Shown one piece after another: positions 1-12,100 of a stretch of DNA of 34,000 nucleotides. The stretch comes from Takakia lepidozioides (lineage: Eukaryota > Plantae > Bryophyta), in the NCBI GenBank assembly GCA_030704615.1, contig JAKLZA010000198.1, positions 1 to 34,000 on the forward strand, written 5' to 3'. Under the pieces are notes generated by a model. It had not been told where the DNA came from. It saw only the letters and a program-made list of their open reading frames with translations, and did no database searches. The translations under genes were made by a program, and so were the position numbers. The first letter of the stretch is position 1, and the number at the start of each line of letters is the position of its first letter.

Positions 1-7
1 GGGTGGG

Positions 8-730
8 TGGATAGGTGACTGGCCGTCTAGGTGAGTGTTCGGCTAACTGGATGAGCGTCTCCGCACAATCGGCGGGCGGCAGGTTTATCAGAGATATACG
101 GCTGTGAATTGATAGTATGAGAGGGATCATTGGATGTGCGTGGGTGTGGGGGCGGGCGCGGATGAATATATGTAGATTGGGGGGTAGTTGTGGTGGCCAC
201 CATAGATAAATAACTGCGGATTGGGGTAGCTGGGATAGCATCCGCCGATGGGTATCGGCGGGTGTGGGTATTAGTGCAGGGATGAAGCGGGGGTTGGATA
301 TGGCCAGGGGGTGGCCACGGGGCTGCCTATGGATGAGCGTGGCTATGGGGATGAAATGTGGACTAGTGGGTAATAATACAGGGGCTATTGTACCCATGTA
401 GAGCAGGTGGATAAGGTAAGAAGCCCAGGATAATGAGGGGGATTCAGAGGCTTGCGGGCCTATACTAGTTATATGTGAGGGGTATGTGGAGAAATGTGGG
501 CTGGGAGGGGCATGTATGTGTATGGTAATATAAGTGGATAGGTGACTGGCCGGCTGGATGAATGTCCGACTGGCAGGATGAAAGTCAACACGCAGCTCAC
601 GGGCAGCGGTTTCCCATGAGGGACATGTTGTGGTATTATTAGAGATAGTCAGCTGTGATCTGGTAGTATCCGATGTGGGGCGTGGGTTTGCATGATGAGA
701 GGGACCGTTGGATGTGCATGGGTGTGGGAT
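8..730. repeat. Diverged direct duplication (~8-150 vs ~536-730) in a G/T-rich degenerate region
   Basis: GGATAGGTGACTGGCCG occurs near 9 and 536. ATGAGAGGGAYCRTTGGATGTGCRTGGGTGTGGG occurs near 117 and 694. Confidence 0.6.
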
Positions 731-1340
731 GGGTATTGTGGGTTTTTGATTATTTTGGTGGAGGGTTTTTTAAGGTGGTAGGTGGGCCAAGTGTCAGATA
801 TTGGAATAGGGGGGGTAGCGGGGTAAGTGGCGTGGCGATTGGTACAGGTGTGGGAATGGTGTAAATGGCTAGCATCCCAGCGGTGAGCCGTATGAGCAGT
901 TGGTTTGAGGGACGGCTGCTGGAGCTAACAGATTGTAAAAGAGATGAGCAGCGCCTGGATAGTGCAGGCGCATGGGGTGTGGGCTTAGCTGTTGGTGGGA
1001 GAAAAGCAAACACTGAGAGAGGCGCTTGGGAGCGTAGGATGCATCGTGATATTGCAATAACACAGGGGTGGTTACAGTCAAGCCGCAGCTTGCAAAGAGA
1101 AAGAGAAGTAGGTAGATAGCCAGAGAGGAGGGCAGTTGGGTGTGAGGGAAAGACTCTAGAGAACTCCCAACGGTCACTTGTGTAGCCCGGGGGCCACATT
1201 AGTGTTTTACGCATTGGTCGTGTTGTCAATTGCGGTGATGGTGGCCAGGGCCTGGTCATTGGCAGCATGAAGGATGGCAGGCAGCTGCTGTTTGGTTGTT
1301 TGGAAGCAGGCATGGCTGCAAGAAATCTCGTGTGTCGAAT

Positions 1341-3428
1341 TTAGGAGGCCGTCGTGTTGGAGCTCGATGAGGGCTGCAGGCCAGTATCCCCCTGTTTGTG
1401 GGGTTGGTATGTTGTTGGAGTCAACTTGTCGGCAGGGTGATTGGTCATGCTTGGGGAAAGCGGGAGCTTCTCAAGGACCAAGTTAGCATGAGCGTAGAAG
1501 TGGGCCAGGTTGGCCCCTAGATTTTTGGTAATTGATTCTTGCAGCGAAACCGAGTACGCATGGTGTTCCGCCTGTTGGGCGGCCAAGGTAGAAGCAACCC
1601 GCTTTCCATGGCTGCTAGATCACCCTGTATATCCGTCTTGATTGAAATGGCATGGTGCGCCAGTTTCCTGTCGATTTCGCTCATCATAGAGGCAAGCCCT
1701 GCAGCCGATCCAGAGTCGGTCTGGATGTTGAGGGAGTTAACTGTGTCAGCCAAAGCTTGATTTATGTTGGCACACGGAGACGCTTCAGAATGTCGTTAGC
1801 TGGGGGGGTAGAACCATTCAGGCTATGAGTGTGTGGTTCGAAGTTGACGTATTTGTCGATGACGAGGATATGCAGTTTGTGGCACCACTGAGCATAGATA
1901 CTGGGGTTCTTACAGGTGAGGAGTGCCATGCCTGAGTGTTTGAACTTCTCTGTCGGGGCTACTCCGCTGAAGTAGATTTGTGCAAGGTTGTCTTTGACAA
2001 AGACACCTCTAAGAGCATCCTCTGTCGCAGCTTGAGTGTGCAGCTGGTTAAGGTTCTTGACTATCAATGTGAGCGCATCACGTTCCGCTACAACTTCCTG
2101 CGGTGTTTGCGGTGAGGCCAGTCACATTGGTACGGCGGGAGCGGAGCTGCGGTTTTAAGAGAGCGTGTTCGATTCTGACTCCTTGTGACAACATCCTTTT
2201 CTTAGAGTCCACGGAAGCCAGGTAGATAAAACAAAACTTAGTATCAGGTCTTGATTTTTGGACGTACATAATCTCAAACTCGTCTCCATGCAGGAATGTT
2301 TCCATGATGAAGTGCATTGCGAGTTTATGGTCGACGGTGCCCTGTAAGATTTCATTGGATAGATACAACGAAAGGTATTCGGTGGAGGCGTTAAGCTCCA
2401 ATGCCTTCTCTACTTTTGCATTGGTATCCCGGAAGCCATTTCCATAACAAAGGCTCGGTTGCCTTTCAGGAGAGCAATACCGTCAATGGCAGGGTTCAGT
2501 AATTCCACTTTTAGCAGGCCTAACCACTATTTTCTCCCGTGCTTGGTGAAGGCAATGGTTGGTGAGTAGAGGACCTTACCCAAGGGGATGTCCATGTCGT
2601 CGAACCTCGTTTTTGCACGGTACAGAGCTGCTCCTTGGGCATATCGGTGTCGCTATCAAATCGAATCATGATGTGGTGAGGTGTGGCGGATAATCCAGAA
2701 TCTGGTGGGGAACATGGGGGAATGTTTTGTAGCAGTACCTTAAGTCGTGAATTTCTGAGTCTTGAAGGCCAAGCTTACGGAGTTCTGTCGTTGGGCGCGT
2801 CTCCTTAACGTAGGGCAGCCCTATTGTCAAGTGCGTGCTTCTCGAGCGCAAGGTATCCCATCCAAAGCTGTGGAGAAGTCAGGGCACTAGAGATTGCCCG
2901 TTGAGGGGATGAGTCATGCAAGTCGTTGCCCCTTGACTTTTTGGAATCGGAGTGCGAGCTCCCTGCCGTACTGTTGAATGCACTAGAGGGGCGTTTGAGG
3001 CCCAGGCTAGCTGCCTTCAGCCCCGTTGGTGATGTGAGCTGTGCTGGCTTCGAGAGTCCGCTAGGGATTGGTGGGCCGTGTAGGCCCAGGTAAGCCTTAG
3101 AGGTAGCTTCGAGCCTTGGTGAGATGGTGCATGACCGTTGGGAGTGGCTTCCTTATGTTGTGTAGAGTGAGTTTGGTACGCTTGGTCATTCGCAAAGAAC
3201 TCCTCGTCAGATAGATGCATGTCACTGATGTCGGCGTCTTCCTCAGTGAGAGTCGTTGAGATCGCACCAACCTGGTGGTGATCCATTTTGACATAGAGTT
3301 TTTTGAACTAAGAGGGAGATGGTGGCATGCCTCTTGCTAAGCGATGATTTGTCTATGGATCGACTATGTTTGCGGATGCAACCTGCTCTTTTTTGTATGC
3401 TACCAGACTTAGAACTTGACAAAGACAT
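1341..3428 (-). pseudogene. Fragmented retroelement ORF1/gag-like gene (RRM-like domains followed by a coiled-coil)
   Basis: Collinear minus-strand ORF pieces 3243-3428, 3017-3286, 2078-2401, 1762-2067, 1517-1753 and 1341-1586 are broken by stops and frameshifts. RNP-like segments: KFCFIYLAS, LIVKNLNQ, HSGMALLTC. A helical segment follows. No RT or endonuclease is visible in the window, so the family is inferred. Confidence 0.4.
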
Positions 3429-3894
3429 GCGTGACCACGCCCACAGAGGGTGGGGAGGGGAAAGAATAGCTATATAGCGGGTGATGGCAGCGGCGCATGC
3501 AGAAGAGATGTATTTGGGACTCTCTGTGTTTCATTTTATAGGACGAGTGTTGATGTGGGTGTCATGTAGACAGGCGATTAGCATTAGTGGATAGTTAGTG
3601 GTGTTGGGAGGTGGCTTTTGCTGTAGGGCCAGCTTGAGCGGTGGAGGAGAGTAAGTATGGCCGCTGGCAGTTTACTGCCTGGCGGCAGTTGTAATGGATT
3701 GGCTTGGTGGAAGCGATTATGAGGCTTGCGCCATGTGGGAGATGGGCACCGTTAGCAGAGCTTGGCAGGGGGAGCGATAATTGTACGAGGAGGTGGATTG
3801 GCTAGTTAATGGATAGTGCTAGTAAATCTGGTTTGAGAAAGTGATGGCACCTGATGGAATGGTGGGGACTGCGCATGCTGGTTTTGGGTTTAGA

Positions 3895-4275
3895 TGTGAT
3901 GTTCGGCGTTTCCACCCTGGGGACTATGTGTATTTGCAGCAGACAACGCCTACGACCTTGGATGTCACAACAGGATGTGTGATTCTAAGGGTCAGGGAGG
4001 TGTTACCTTCAGGAGTGTTGATTCTGGAGGGTCGAGATGACATGCTATGGAAGGACCATGTGCACAATTGTGCACCATGTCACATTCCACATGTGGATGG
4101 GAAGATAAATCCCAACCTTGCAGTGATACCTGCAAGTTTGCATTGCATGCTATTTGGGTATGCTAGTGGTGCCGTGTGTGATCCATGCTCAAGAGGTTGA
4201 CACATGGGATGCTTGACACCACCTCTTGAGAGGGCCCCTGATGGAGATTGATTATGTCCACACTGCTTGGGATAG
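3895..4275 (+). pseudogene. C-terminus of a Ty3/gypsy pol (integrase tail) ending in a PHD finger, degenerate
   Basis: RRFHPGDYVYL resembles the post-integrase FxxGDxVxL motif. It is followed by CDPCSRG*HMGCLTPPLERAPDGD*LCPHC, a PHD C4HC3 pattern with both Trp codons changed TGG>TGA. Confidence 0.75.
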
Positions 4276-4514
4276 TGACAGTGGATATGACTAGTGGCAG
4301 TTAATAAGACATGCGGGGCCGAGCTCATAGGAGTCAATACACGAGATCCCAGGCTCAAGTTCACAGGTTGCAAGACGGCGACTAACGATGGGGCAACTCT
4401 TGCACCCGGCCTCTTGATCTATCGAGTTTGAGTGTAGTAGGGACAGTGGTGGAGGACTTAGTGAGGCTATGGCCACTATCACATCTTGGACTTAGAGGGA
4501 TCTAAGCGCCAGCT

Positions 4515-4780
4515 AGGGGGGCGATTGTGATGGACTAGTGGCAGCCTGGTGGTGGACTAGTGGTTGCACTAGTGACAGGACTAGTGGTGGCTAGTGGCAG
4601 CCTAGTGGTGGACTAGTGGTTGCACTAGTGGCAGCCTAGTGGTGTACTAGTGGCGAACTAGTGATAGACTAGTGTTTGGTGTGCACATGTGTTGTGTTTT
4701 TGGACAGCGATATAGTTGTGTAGCGATATATATATGCACGACAAGGTCCATAGAGTTGTCTTTTGTTTTGTGAAGTTTTG
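4515..4780 (+). mobile_element. Polypurine tract and start of a probably truncated 3' LTR
   Basis: AGGGGGGCGAT at 4515-4525 is immediately followed by TGTGA at 4526, ~250 bp downstream of the pol stop. The right LTR end was not identified. Confidence 0.55.
4533..4675. repeat. Short tandem (A/G/C)CTAGTG(G) repeats inside the putative LTR
   Basis: About 12 CTAGTG units spaced ~11-13 bp apart. Confidence 0.85.
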
Positions 4781-5120
4781 TTGGCTCCTCCCTCAAGAGT
4801 AGACCACGCATCAATTTTGAAAAAGTGGGATGATCCTGATATATGTACACCAGAACTTACCTACAACGAGGATATAGCACCCTCGGATAAGCCATATGTT
4901 GTAGATATACCTGCCCTAATGAAAATTAATATGAAGGAGCTCCATAAACGTGTACTTAATGAGGTGTGTACCACATTAATTGCAGTCAAGAGCAAAATGT
5001 GAGGAGTTCGAATCCCTCTAAAAGAACTTTTTGAACATGTAAACAACTAGGATGAAAAGAGGAAATGCACATTAATAGCACATTAATAGCAGTCAAGATC
5101 ATTCAATTTGATGCAGGAGA

Positions 5121-5121
<1 letters not shown>

Positions 5122-5160
<39 letters not shown>
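5122..5160. repeat. (TA)n microsatellite
   Basis: Uninterrupted TA run of about 19 units. Confidence 0.97.
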
Positions 5161-5164
<4 letters not shown>

Positions 5165-6334
5165 ATGTTCCTCATTCTAATGAAATGTAAAATGGACCTT
5201 CATGGCTAAATGTAAGGTTATTTTTTTCTTACCCATCCTTCTATTAATAAAGTCTTCAGGGCTATAATCCCAATGTTCTTCTTTTTAAAAAAAAAAAAAT
5301 AAAAAATTGACGACTAAAAAACGAAACGTGATAAGTGTACTGTCATGGATGAAAGTCGGAACCCTAAGTTGGAAACGAAAGTTACTGGTCAGCGTAGAAG
5401 GGTGATGACAAGGGCTCCCCCTCCTCCTCTTTGTCTTGCAAGTGTTTTGCTTCTACATCGTGTCTTCAGATCGGTGGTCACTGTCTTTTGAGAGTTGGTG
5501 TGGGCCGCAACTATGACAGGTATTTGTTGGTGCGAATGATCGGAGGGTGAATGGCGATTACCATGCGCTCCTCGCATTCTTAGCATATGGTGGAGGAAAG
5601 GGTAATGGCGTGGGAGCCTATCTGGGAGTAGTAGCACTAATTACAAAGTTTCAAGTGTCAAAATCCTAGAGAAATGGACCAGCCAGATTGAGAAGTTACT
5701 GCCAGGTACCTCTGCTGGAAAAGTTTGCTGCCTACTTCCAACTTTCTTTCCTGCTTCACAAAGGTCATGCATTCAAATCTGCCTTTGCAAAACTAGCAGT
5801 AGCCAAAGTAGGTCCCCATTCTTTTTCCCACATAGCCTAGTGTTGTTCAGTCTGACGCCATGCAATCTGCGCTTGTCAATGAGGAAAGGTCCCCTTTGGT
5901 TGGAGCCAGAGAGAGAGTGAGACATAATTCACCATGAAGAGAGTCTTGAATAACCATTTGGATAGAACTACACATAGGGGTCTCGAGCAGGTATTTAAGG
6001 TAGAATTCACAATATATGGGCATCCTCATAGACTGTAAAGTGTTATAATCTTACCTTACAGGAATCATTGTTGTCGCTTGTTAGGGTTTGATTGGGAGAG
6101 TATGTAAGTGCAGACAGTTTTCTCATGTCTGCAAAATAATTCCATATCCAGCTCTGTGATTTCAGACAAGAACTATGTGGTGTGTTGGTAATGGAAGTTG
6201 TCATTTGGGGGAACAGCCTGAAGATTTACAATTCGCTTGTGGAGAGATATTTGTGTCACAAACAACACTTGGGTACAAGTTAAAAAGAGTAGATCACTTC
6301 GCCTAAAACCACCTGAAGTGTCCATGTAGGACTC

Positions 6335-6550
6335 TATTTCAGTATCTATTTCAGTATTTCAATATTTCAATATTTCAATCAAGATTTTCAGCAAGCATTT
6401 CAGTATTTCAGCGAGTTCTTCAACGAGTATTTTAGTATTTGAGCGAGTTCTTCAGTAAGTATTTCAGCCAGTTGTTCAGCAAGTATATTAATATTTCAGT
6501 CAGTTCTTCAACAAGTATTTTCATATTTCAGTGACAAGCATTTCAATATT
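6335..6550. repeat. Degenerate AT-rich tandem repeat (TATTTCAG / AGTTCTTCA units)
   Basis: Many copies of (G/A)TATTTCA(G/A) and GAGTTCTTCA. Confidence 0.8.
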
Positions 6551-9164
6551 TTTAATAACTAGTAAATTCGAAGATCAGTTTTGTGATATCATACATCAAT
6601 ATTTAATTCGCACATCAATAAAGTCCTGCCAGACCCACCTAATGCTTATTTTCCCAGAATTAGTGATTTTTCAGCTTGGGAAATTAATTTAAATTCGGTT
6701 TTCTGCTTAGAAAATGCCTCTCATTTTACAATAATTGGGACGTTATGGCCACGCGCGAGCTTACCGGTGGGCCCCGCACGACGCCCCCCCCGGACCCCCC
6801 AGCCCGCCGCTGCGCGGTCGTCCACCTGCTGCCGCGGCCCCGCACCGCGCTCCGCCGCGCCTCCAAGTCCGGCGCAGCCAGTCCGCCCGCCAGTCCGCTG
6901 CCCGTGAGTCCGGTTCCCCTCAGTCCGCCAAACCGACAGTCTGCCGGCCAGTCTGCTGTGCACGCCAGTCCGCTATGCCAGTCCCCGCAAGTCCACCCAA
7001 CAGTCCGCTGTGCCTGTCTGCTGCCCCCAGTCTGCCAGTCCACGCCGGCCGAAGGATTTGGATCGTCCATTTTGAGAAACCCATCCGCACCATCCATGTT
7101 TAGGGCATGGAAGATCGTAACACCCTGCCACGGAACACTCGTTTTGTTGTCTCGTTCTTGCGGCTCTTTGTTGTCCAATGTTGCGGAGGTGATTTTGCAC
7201 GTATGCGGTTGTTGTTCTTGTTTATGGCGATTTTAATGACGATGAAGGGTGTGCCTGAACATGAGAGGGCTGGCGGGGCTCTACAGCCACCATCGTGCAT
7301 ATGCTTCCACTATTTTCGCCTTCGTTTTGTGCTGACGTGCTTATTTTTTAGGACGATATGTGGAAAAATTGCATGCGTTTACGGTTTGTGGTGTGTCTCC
7401 GAGTCCGAGCTCCTTCGTATGGAGCAGGAAACCATTGGTAACACGATAGCGGAAATCGCGGAAGCATATGCACGTGGGGGCATGTATACATTGCAGAATT
7501 TATGTTCCACGATGAGACTGTTCAGGGGAGGACGTCTCTGCCACCACATGTCTGGGAACTGCGGAGTGTGAACGGAACAGGATCCAGTCCAAAGGTCCTC
7601 AAACATCCAGATGCACCTCCTGAAACATCACATCTCAACCACAACCGTCTCCTTGAAAACTGGACAATGGGAAAGGAGACGTAGCTTGAGAGATGTAGAT
7701 TCACGTTGCTTGTGGATGTTCGAGGTCCTTACGACTGCAAATGCGCGTGGATCAACAGGCTCTTCGACTGCGTCTTTGTCAGTTTTTCTCTAAGCAGTGT
7801 GTTGTGCCATGAGTATGGGCATATGCAAGTCTGCTGGACGGATGAAATGCAACCACGGCATGACGGCGACGCCAAGCGTGGTTCTGATGGGATATCAGTC
7901 TGGTTTGCTGGACTGTTGGTCTGTAAGGATACAAGTCTGGTGTGGCGTGAGTCTGTTCTTCACTGGACTACTGGGCCGTCACTGCCTGCCGAATTCCGAA
8001 GTGTCTTCTCTCGTCTTATCCCCGAAGTCTCTTATCTCGTCGGTCTGTTGAACCGTTGGTCAGCTGGAAGTCCGTCTCTTCGGATATGAGTCCGTTTAAC
8101 TACTACCTTTTAATTATCTGCATTGTCGTGAGTCTGCTAAGCCGTCGAACTGCTGGTCTGTCCGTCTCTTCTGATATCAATCAGCTGGACTGTCACAAAG
8201 TCAGTCTACTGTGGCGCAAGTCTGTTTGCACTAGGTCTGTTGAGCCGTGATTATTATCACGTGTAAGTCTGCTGGACGCGGTTTACGATTTACTCCCGTA
8301 TCACCCGGCCGCCTAGGGGATACTTTGTCTTTTGGGATATTAGTTTGTTAGAAATCAGTCTGTTGTCGCGCAAATTACTCTGCGCCAGTCTCTTCGTCAG
8401 TCTGTTGAACCTTCCGTCTGCTGGACTGTCCGTGTAGTGGCATACGAGTCTGTTGTTGCGCAAGTTTGTTTGCAGTGGGTCTGTTCGGCCGTTATGTCAT
8501 TAGGTTTAAGTATGTTGGACGCAATAAATGCAGCGACGGCGGTAAAGAGGCCCAGTCACGTCGCGGCACGTCATCAGACTCCGCACTCGCCTTAGTCTCT
8601 TCGTCAGTCCGCTTAACCTCAGTCGTCAGTCTGTCCTTGCGGTGGCATATGAGTCTGTTGTGGAGGGTACTGGGTCTGCTCGGCCGTCTTTGTCATCAGG
8701 AGTAAGTCTGCTGGACTTGATGAATGCGACGACGACAGACTAACGATAGTCCCACTCATCCCGTCTGCTGGACTGTCCGTGCAGTGGCATACCGCTAGCA
8801 CGTGTGAGGGGTCTGCAACTATTTAATGCGATGGGCCAAAAAAAGGGCGCCAGTGAAATCTCGCCACGTCACTCCCGCACATGCAGGGTCCACTTCCCTG
8901 GACTTCTTTCGCACTGTTTTGTTTAGGGCCCGTCCACCTCCCATTGGTGCGAGCCCGCTTTCATTTGTGCGTGTTAGGTTTTCGAGGCACGACAGTCGCG
9001 TGAGCACCGAATCGTCGCAACAACCGTCGCCTGTTGCCGGTGAGCTTTCCTCTTTGTGCTTTGTGCTTTGGTTTCTTTCCATTCTCTTTTCCGCTCTTCT
9101 CTGCTTTCTTATTCTTAGTCTCTATCGCTCATTGCCGCTGCATCTCTTGTCTGATTCTGCAGCC

Positions 9165-12100
9165 ATGGAGGATGCTTGTGCAAAGGGTGGAGCAGACTGG
9201 TTGCATTTCATGCACAAGTCCAGGCTAAAGGAGCGAAGGTACTGGTACTCACCTGAGGAGTATGATGCAAAAATAGTCGAAGCTTCTTAGACCTCCGTGC
9301 AATCAAGCCTGCAGACTCCAACTGGCAGAAGGATAAGCTCCACTATCCCTTCTGTAGTGAAATTATCAAGGACAAAGTGCAGCTAAACCGCCATTGTGTT
9401 GACACGGGTTGCAAAAACAAGCGCTATATCCCACCTGGCTTCAAGCCGTGGCCAGTTCAAAGTTCAATGAGGGTGGTGAATGCGGCCACCGCCAGACTCG
9501 TGGCGCAAACCCAAAGGCCCGCACTTTGGCGGAGGTGCGCGCACGGTATGGGGTGGTTTCGGATGTTTCAATGCAAGATGTGCATGACCTGACATCGCCA
9601 TCGCCTGTGGCTCCCAGAAAAAGGAAACTTAGTGATGGGGCCCAGAAGAAGGAAAGAGAAAAGGCTGCAAGGTCTGCTCGGGAGGCGAGGGCGAAATCTC
9701 AACAGCAGACTCGTCCCCAAGGCAGTCGGGAAGTGTCACGGGCTGTGCCAGGGAGACGGTCTACGCAGCAGACGCAGACCATCAGTACTTTGAGTGAGAG
9801 CCAGTCTGCTGAGCCGTCTGCAGACATCATTCGGAATGATGAATTCGCAGGTCTGGGAGGTGTCTCATCTCCCGTCGACATTGTCTTGCCTGACCAGTCG
9901 AGGGTTCACGTGGACGAAGTCCAGTCGAAAAAGACTACCAGTGGAGTTTGTCCTGGCACATTGCGCCTCATACCATTTGGGCTTCTCCATCGGTGTGCCC
10001 ACCAGTGGACGATCCACTTCTTCCATTTTTTCTACAGTTTCGCCCAGTCCGGACAGCTCAGCAGAACCATCCAAGCAGCGGAGGAAAATTGGTTGAGCCC
10101 CTTGAAGATGAGGAGGACGTCTGTGTCGACAACGACGACAAGGTAATGCCCAGTCTGTCCCCACAGTTGGTGTCTGTTGTCATAGACTCTGCTGGTTCAG
10201 TCTACCTGCTCGGTCTGCTGCGTCAGTCTGCTTGTGGACTTGCTGGTCAGTCCCATGCTTGTGGACTAGTCAGTCTGTTGGTTCCTTTGTTCTGTGCCAC
10301 GATGCTGGTGAGTCTGGGAGTCTACTGCTAGTGAGTCCGATGCTGAGTTTTTGGGTTTTCTGTCATATACCAGGATGAACGAGCCAGTATTCGGAGGCCT
10401 TGTGTGCTTGGCGGACGGTGAGCTCCGACCCTCCTTTAGCAGTGAATGCGGTGCGGAAGTGGAGCGGGTGCGGGAGTACATCTTGTTTAAGTACCCTGGC
10501 TCAGCAGACGCCATAGCAGCACTGGACTCTGCAGACAAAGCACGCGCCAACTCACAGGACCCTCACCCAATCTGGCATCCAGCAGACTCTTGCCCAGCAG
10601 ACTCTTTCCCACCAGACTCACAGTCAGCGCAGTCTTGTCCAGCACACTCCCATGTACCAGACTCTCGTCCAACATACTCCATCCAGCAGACTGCTTTGCA
10701 GACTCCCAGCCCGCAGACTGCTATTCAGGAGACTCCCAACCAGCAGACTGCCACCCAGAAGACGCCATCCACACACTGCTGTCCAGCGGACTCCCAGCCA
10801 GCAGACTCTCATTGTCACGACCACCACGGGACTTTTTGGAGTTTGGCGCTCGCCATTGCCGCTCATTGATCCCGAAGCTGTGGACCTGACACTTGCCCGT
10901 CTGAGGGTGGGGGAAGTCAATGCCAATGTGGATTGGTATAATGAGCTCCATCGCATTGTCACGGACGCCGGTGGCCTTTTGTTCCCTTTCATTATTCCAT
11001 GGAATTTACTATGGCAGAAGCGAATGAAGTCCTCGAAAGCGCACATTCTGTGGCCCTGGCAGCCACGAAGGTCCAAAATGCCCCGCCACTGCTTGTCCAA
11101 TTAATCCTCATGGATGACCCACGGCCTCAGGAACTCAGACATATGCCCATGGCACATCCCACCTTTGGGTGCGGGGAAAGCACTTGCTTGGAATTACTGA
11201 AGAGTACTTTGATCGCATTGCTAATTCTTTCCTTCACCATCGATGGATGCAGTTCGGCAATTTCCGTTCATACAATAAATTGGTAAAGGACCTGCAAAGT
11301 TTGAGGAAGTATTTGTTTCATTCAGATTCGGATGCGGGTAAGAAGAGTGTTGTGGATGAGGCGTTGCAATGGTTTGCTGCGGTAATGGAGCGAGCAGTGT
11401 TCGATATTGTGTTGAACAGACCGGATGTGTTCAAAGTCCTTTGGTGCGGCTCCCCATTTGAAAACGCATGCCAGCGATTCGCCATCTCGATGGAGCATGC
11501 TTGGGACCAAATCCAAGATATTGGTCTCATTGGCAACCTCCTAGAAGGTAATGCGACTTCTTTGGACCGTTGTGAAGTTCATGGTCTTTTCTTCCACCAT
11601 CCTGTCAGACTCACTTTGTCCAACTCATCTGTTTCAGGAATGTCCGATTTAGACGAGCACGTGCAGTGTGCTTTCGATTCCCTTGCCAGAGGTGCACGAG
11701 ATGTTGTGCTGGCGTTACAGGGACTCCATGACACCGTTCAGCAGACTGCTGACGACGCCATTGCTCAGCAGACTGACCCACTGCAACAAAAAGAGCATGG
11801 ACAAACTGTCAACACTATCCCAGCCACTGTTCAGGAGAGTGGGCGCACTACAGGCCACACCGAGGACGAGAGACTCATGAGCAGACCGGCGAGCAGACTG
11901 AAGGACTGCCTCTGCACCAGACCGTGCAGCATACCGATGACGTCGCTGTCAAGCAGACCGTCCAGCATACCAATGAGCAGACCGGGCTGCAGACGGATGA
12001 CCTGGCTGTGCACCAGCAGACTGTGCAGCATACCATTGAGCAGACCGTCCAGCAGACTGAAAGCAGTCACCACAATGACAGTGCCCTGCAGACTGTCCAG

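Noticed and set aside
4763-5002. 79-aa ORF after the LTR start
   Set aside because: No recognisable domain; probably a fragment of another decayed repeat.
6640-6800. Search for a left TIR of the outer Ulp1-MULE matching 32690-33330
   Set aside because: No convincing inverted match was found by eye, so the ends are left undefined.
7100-7684. Possible small gene (ELLRMEQETIG...HVYIAEFMFHDE...) joined by a frameshift at a G run
   Set aside because: No recognisable motif and an unclear start. It cannot be supported without homologues or RNA-seq.
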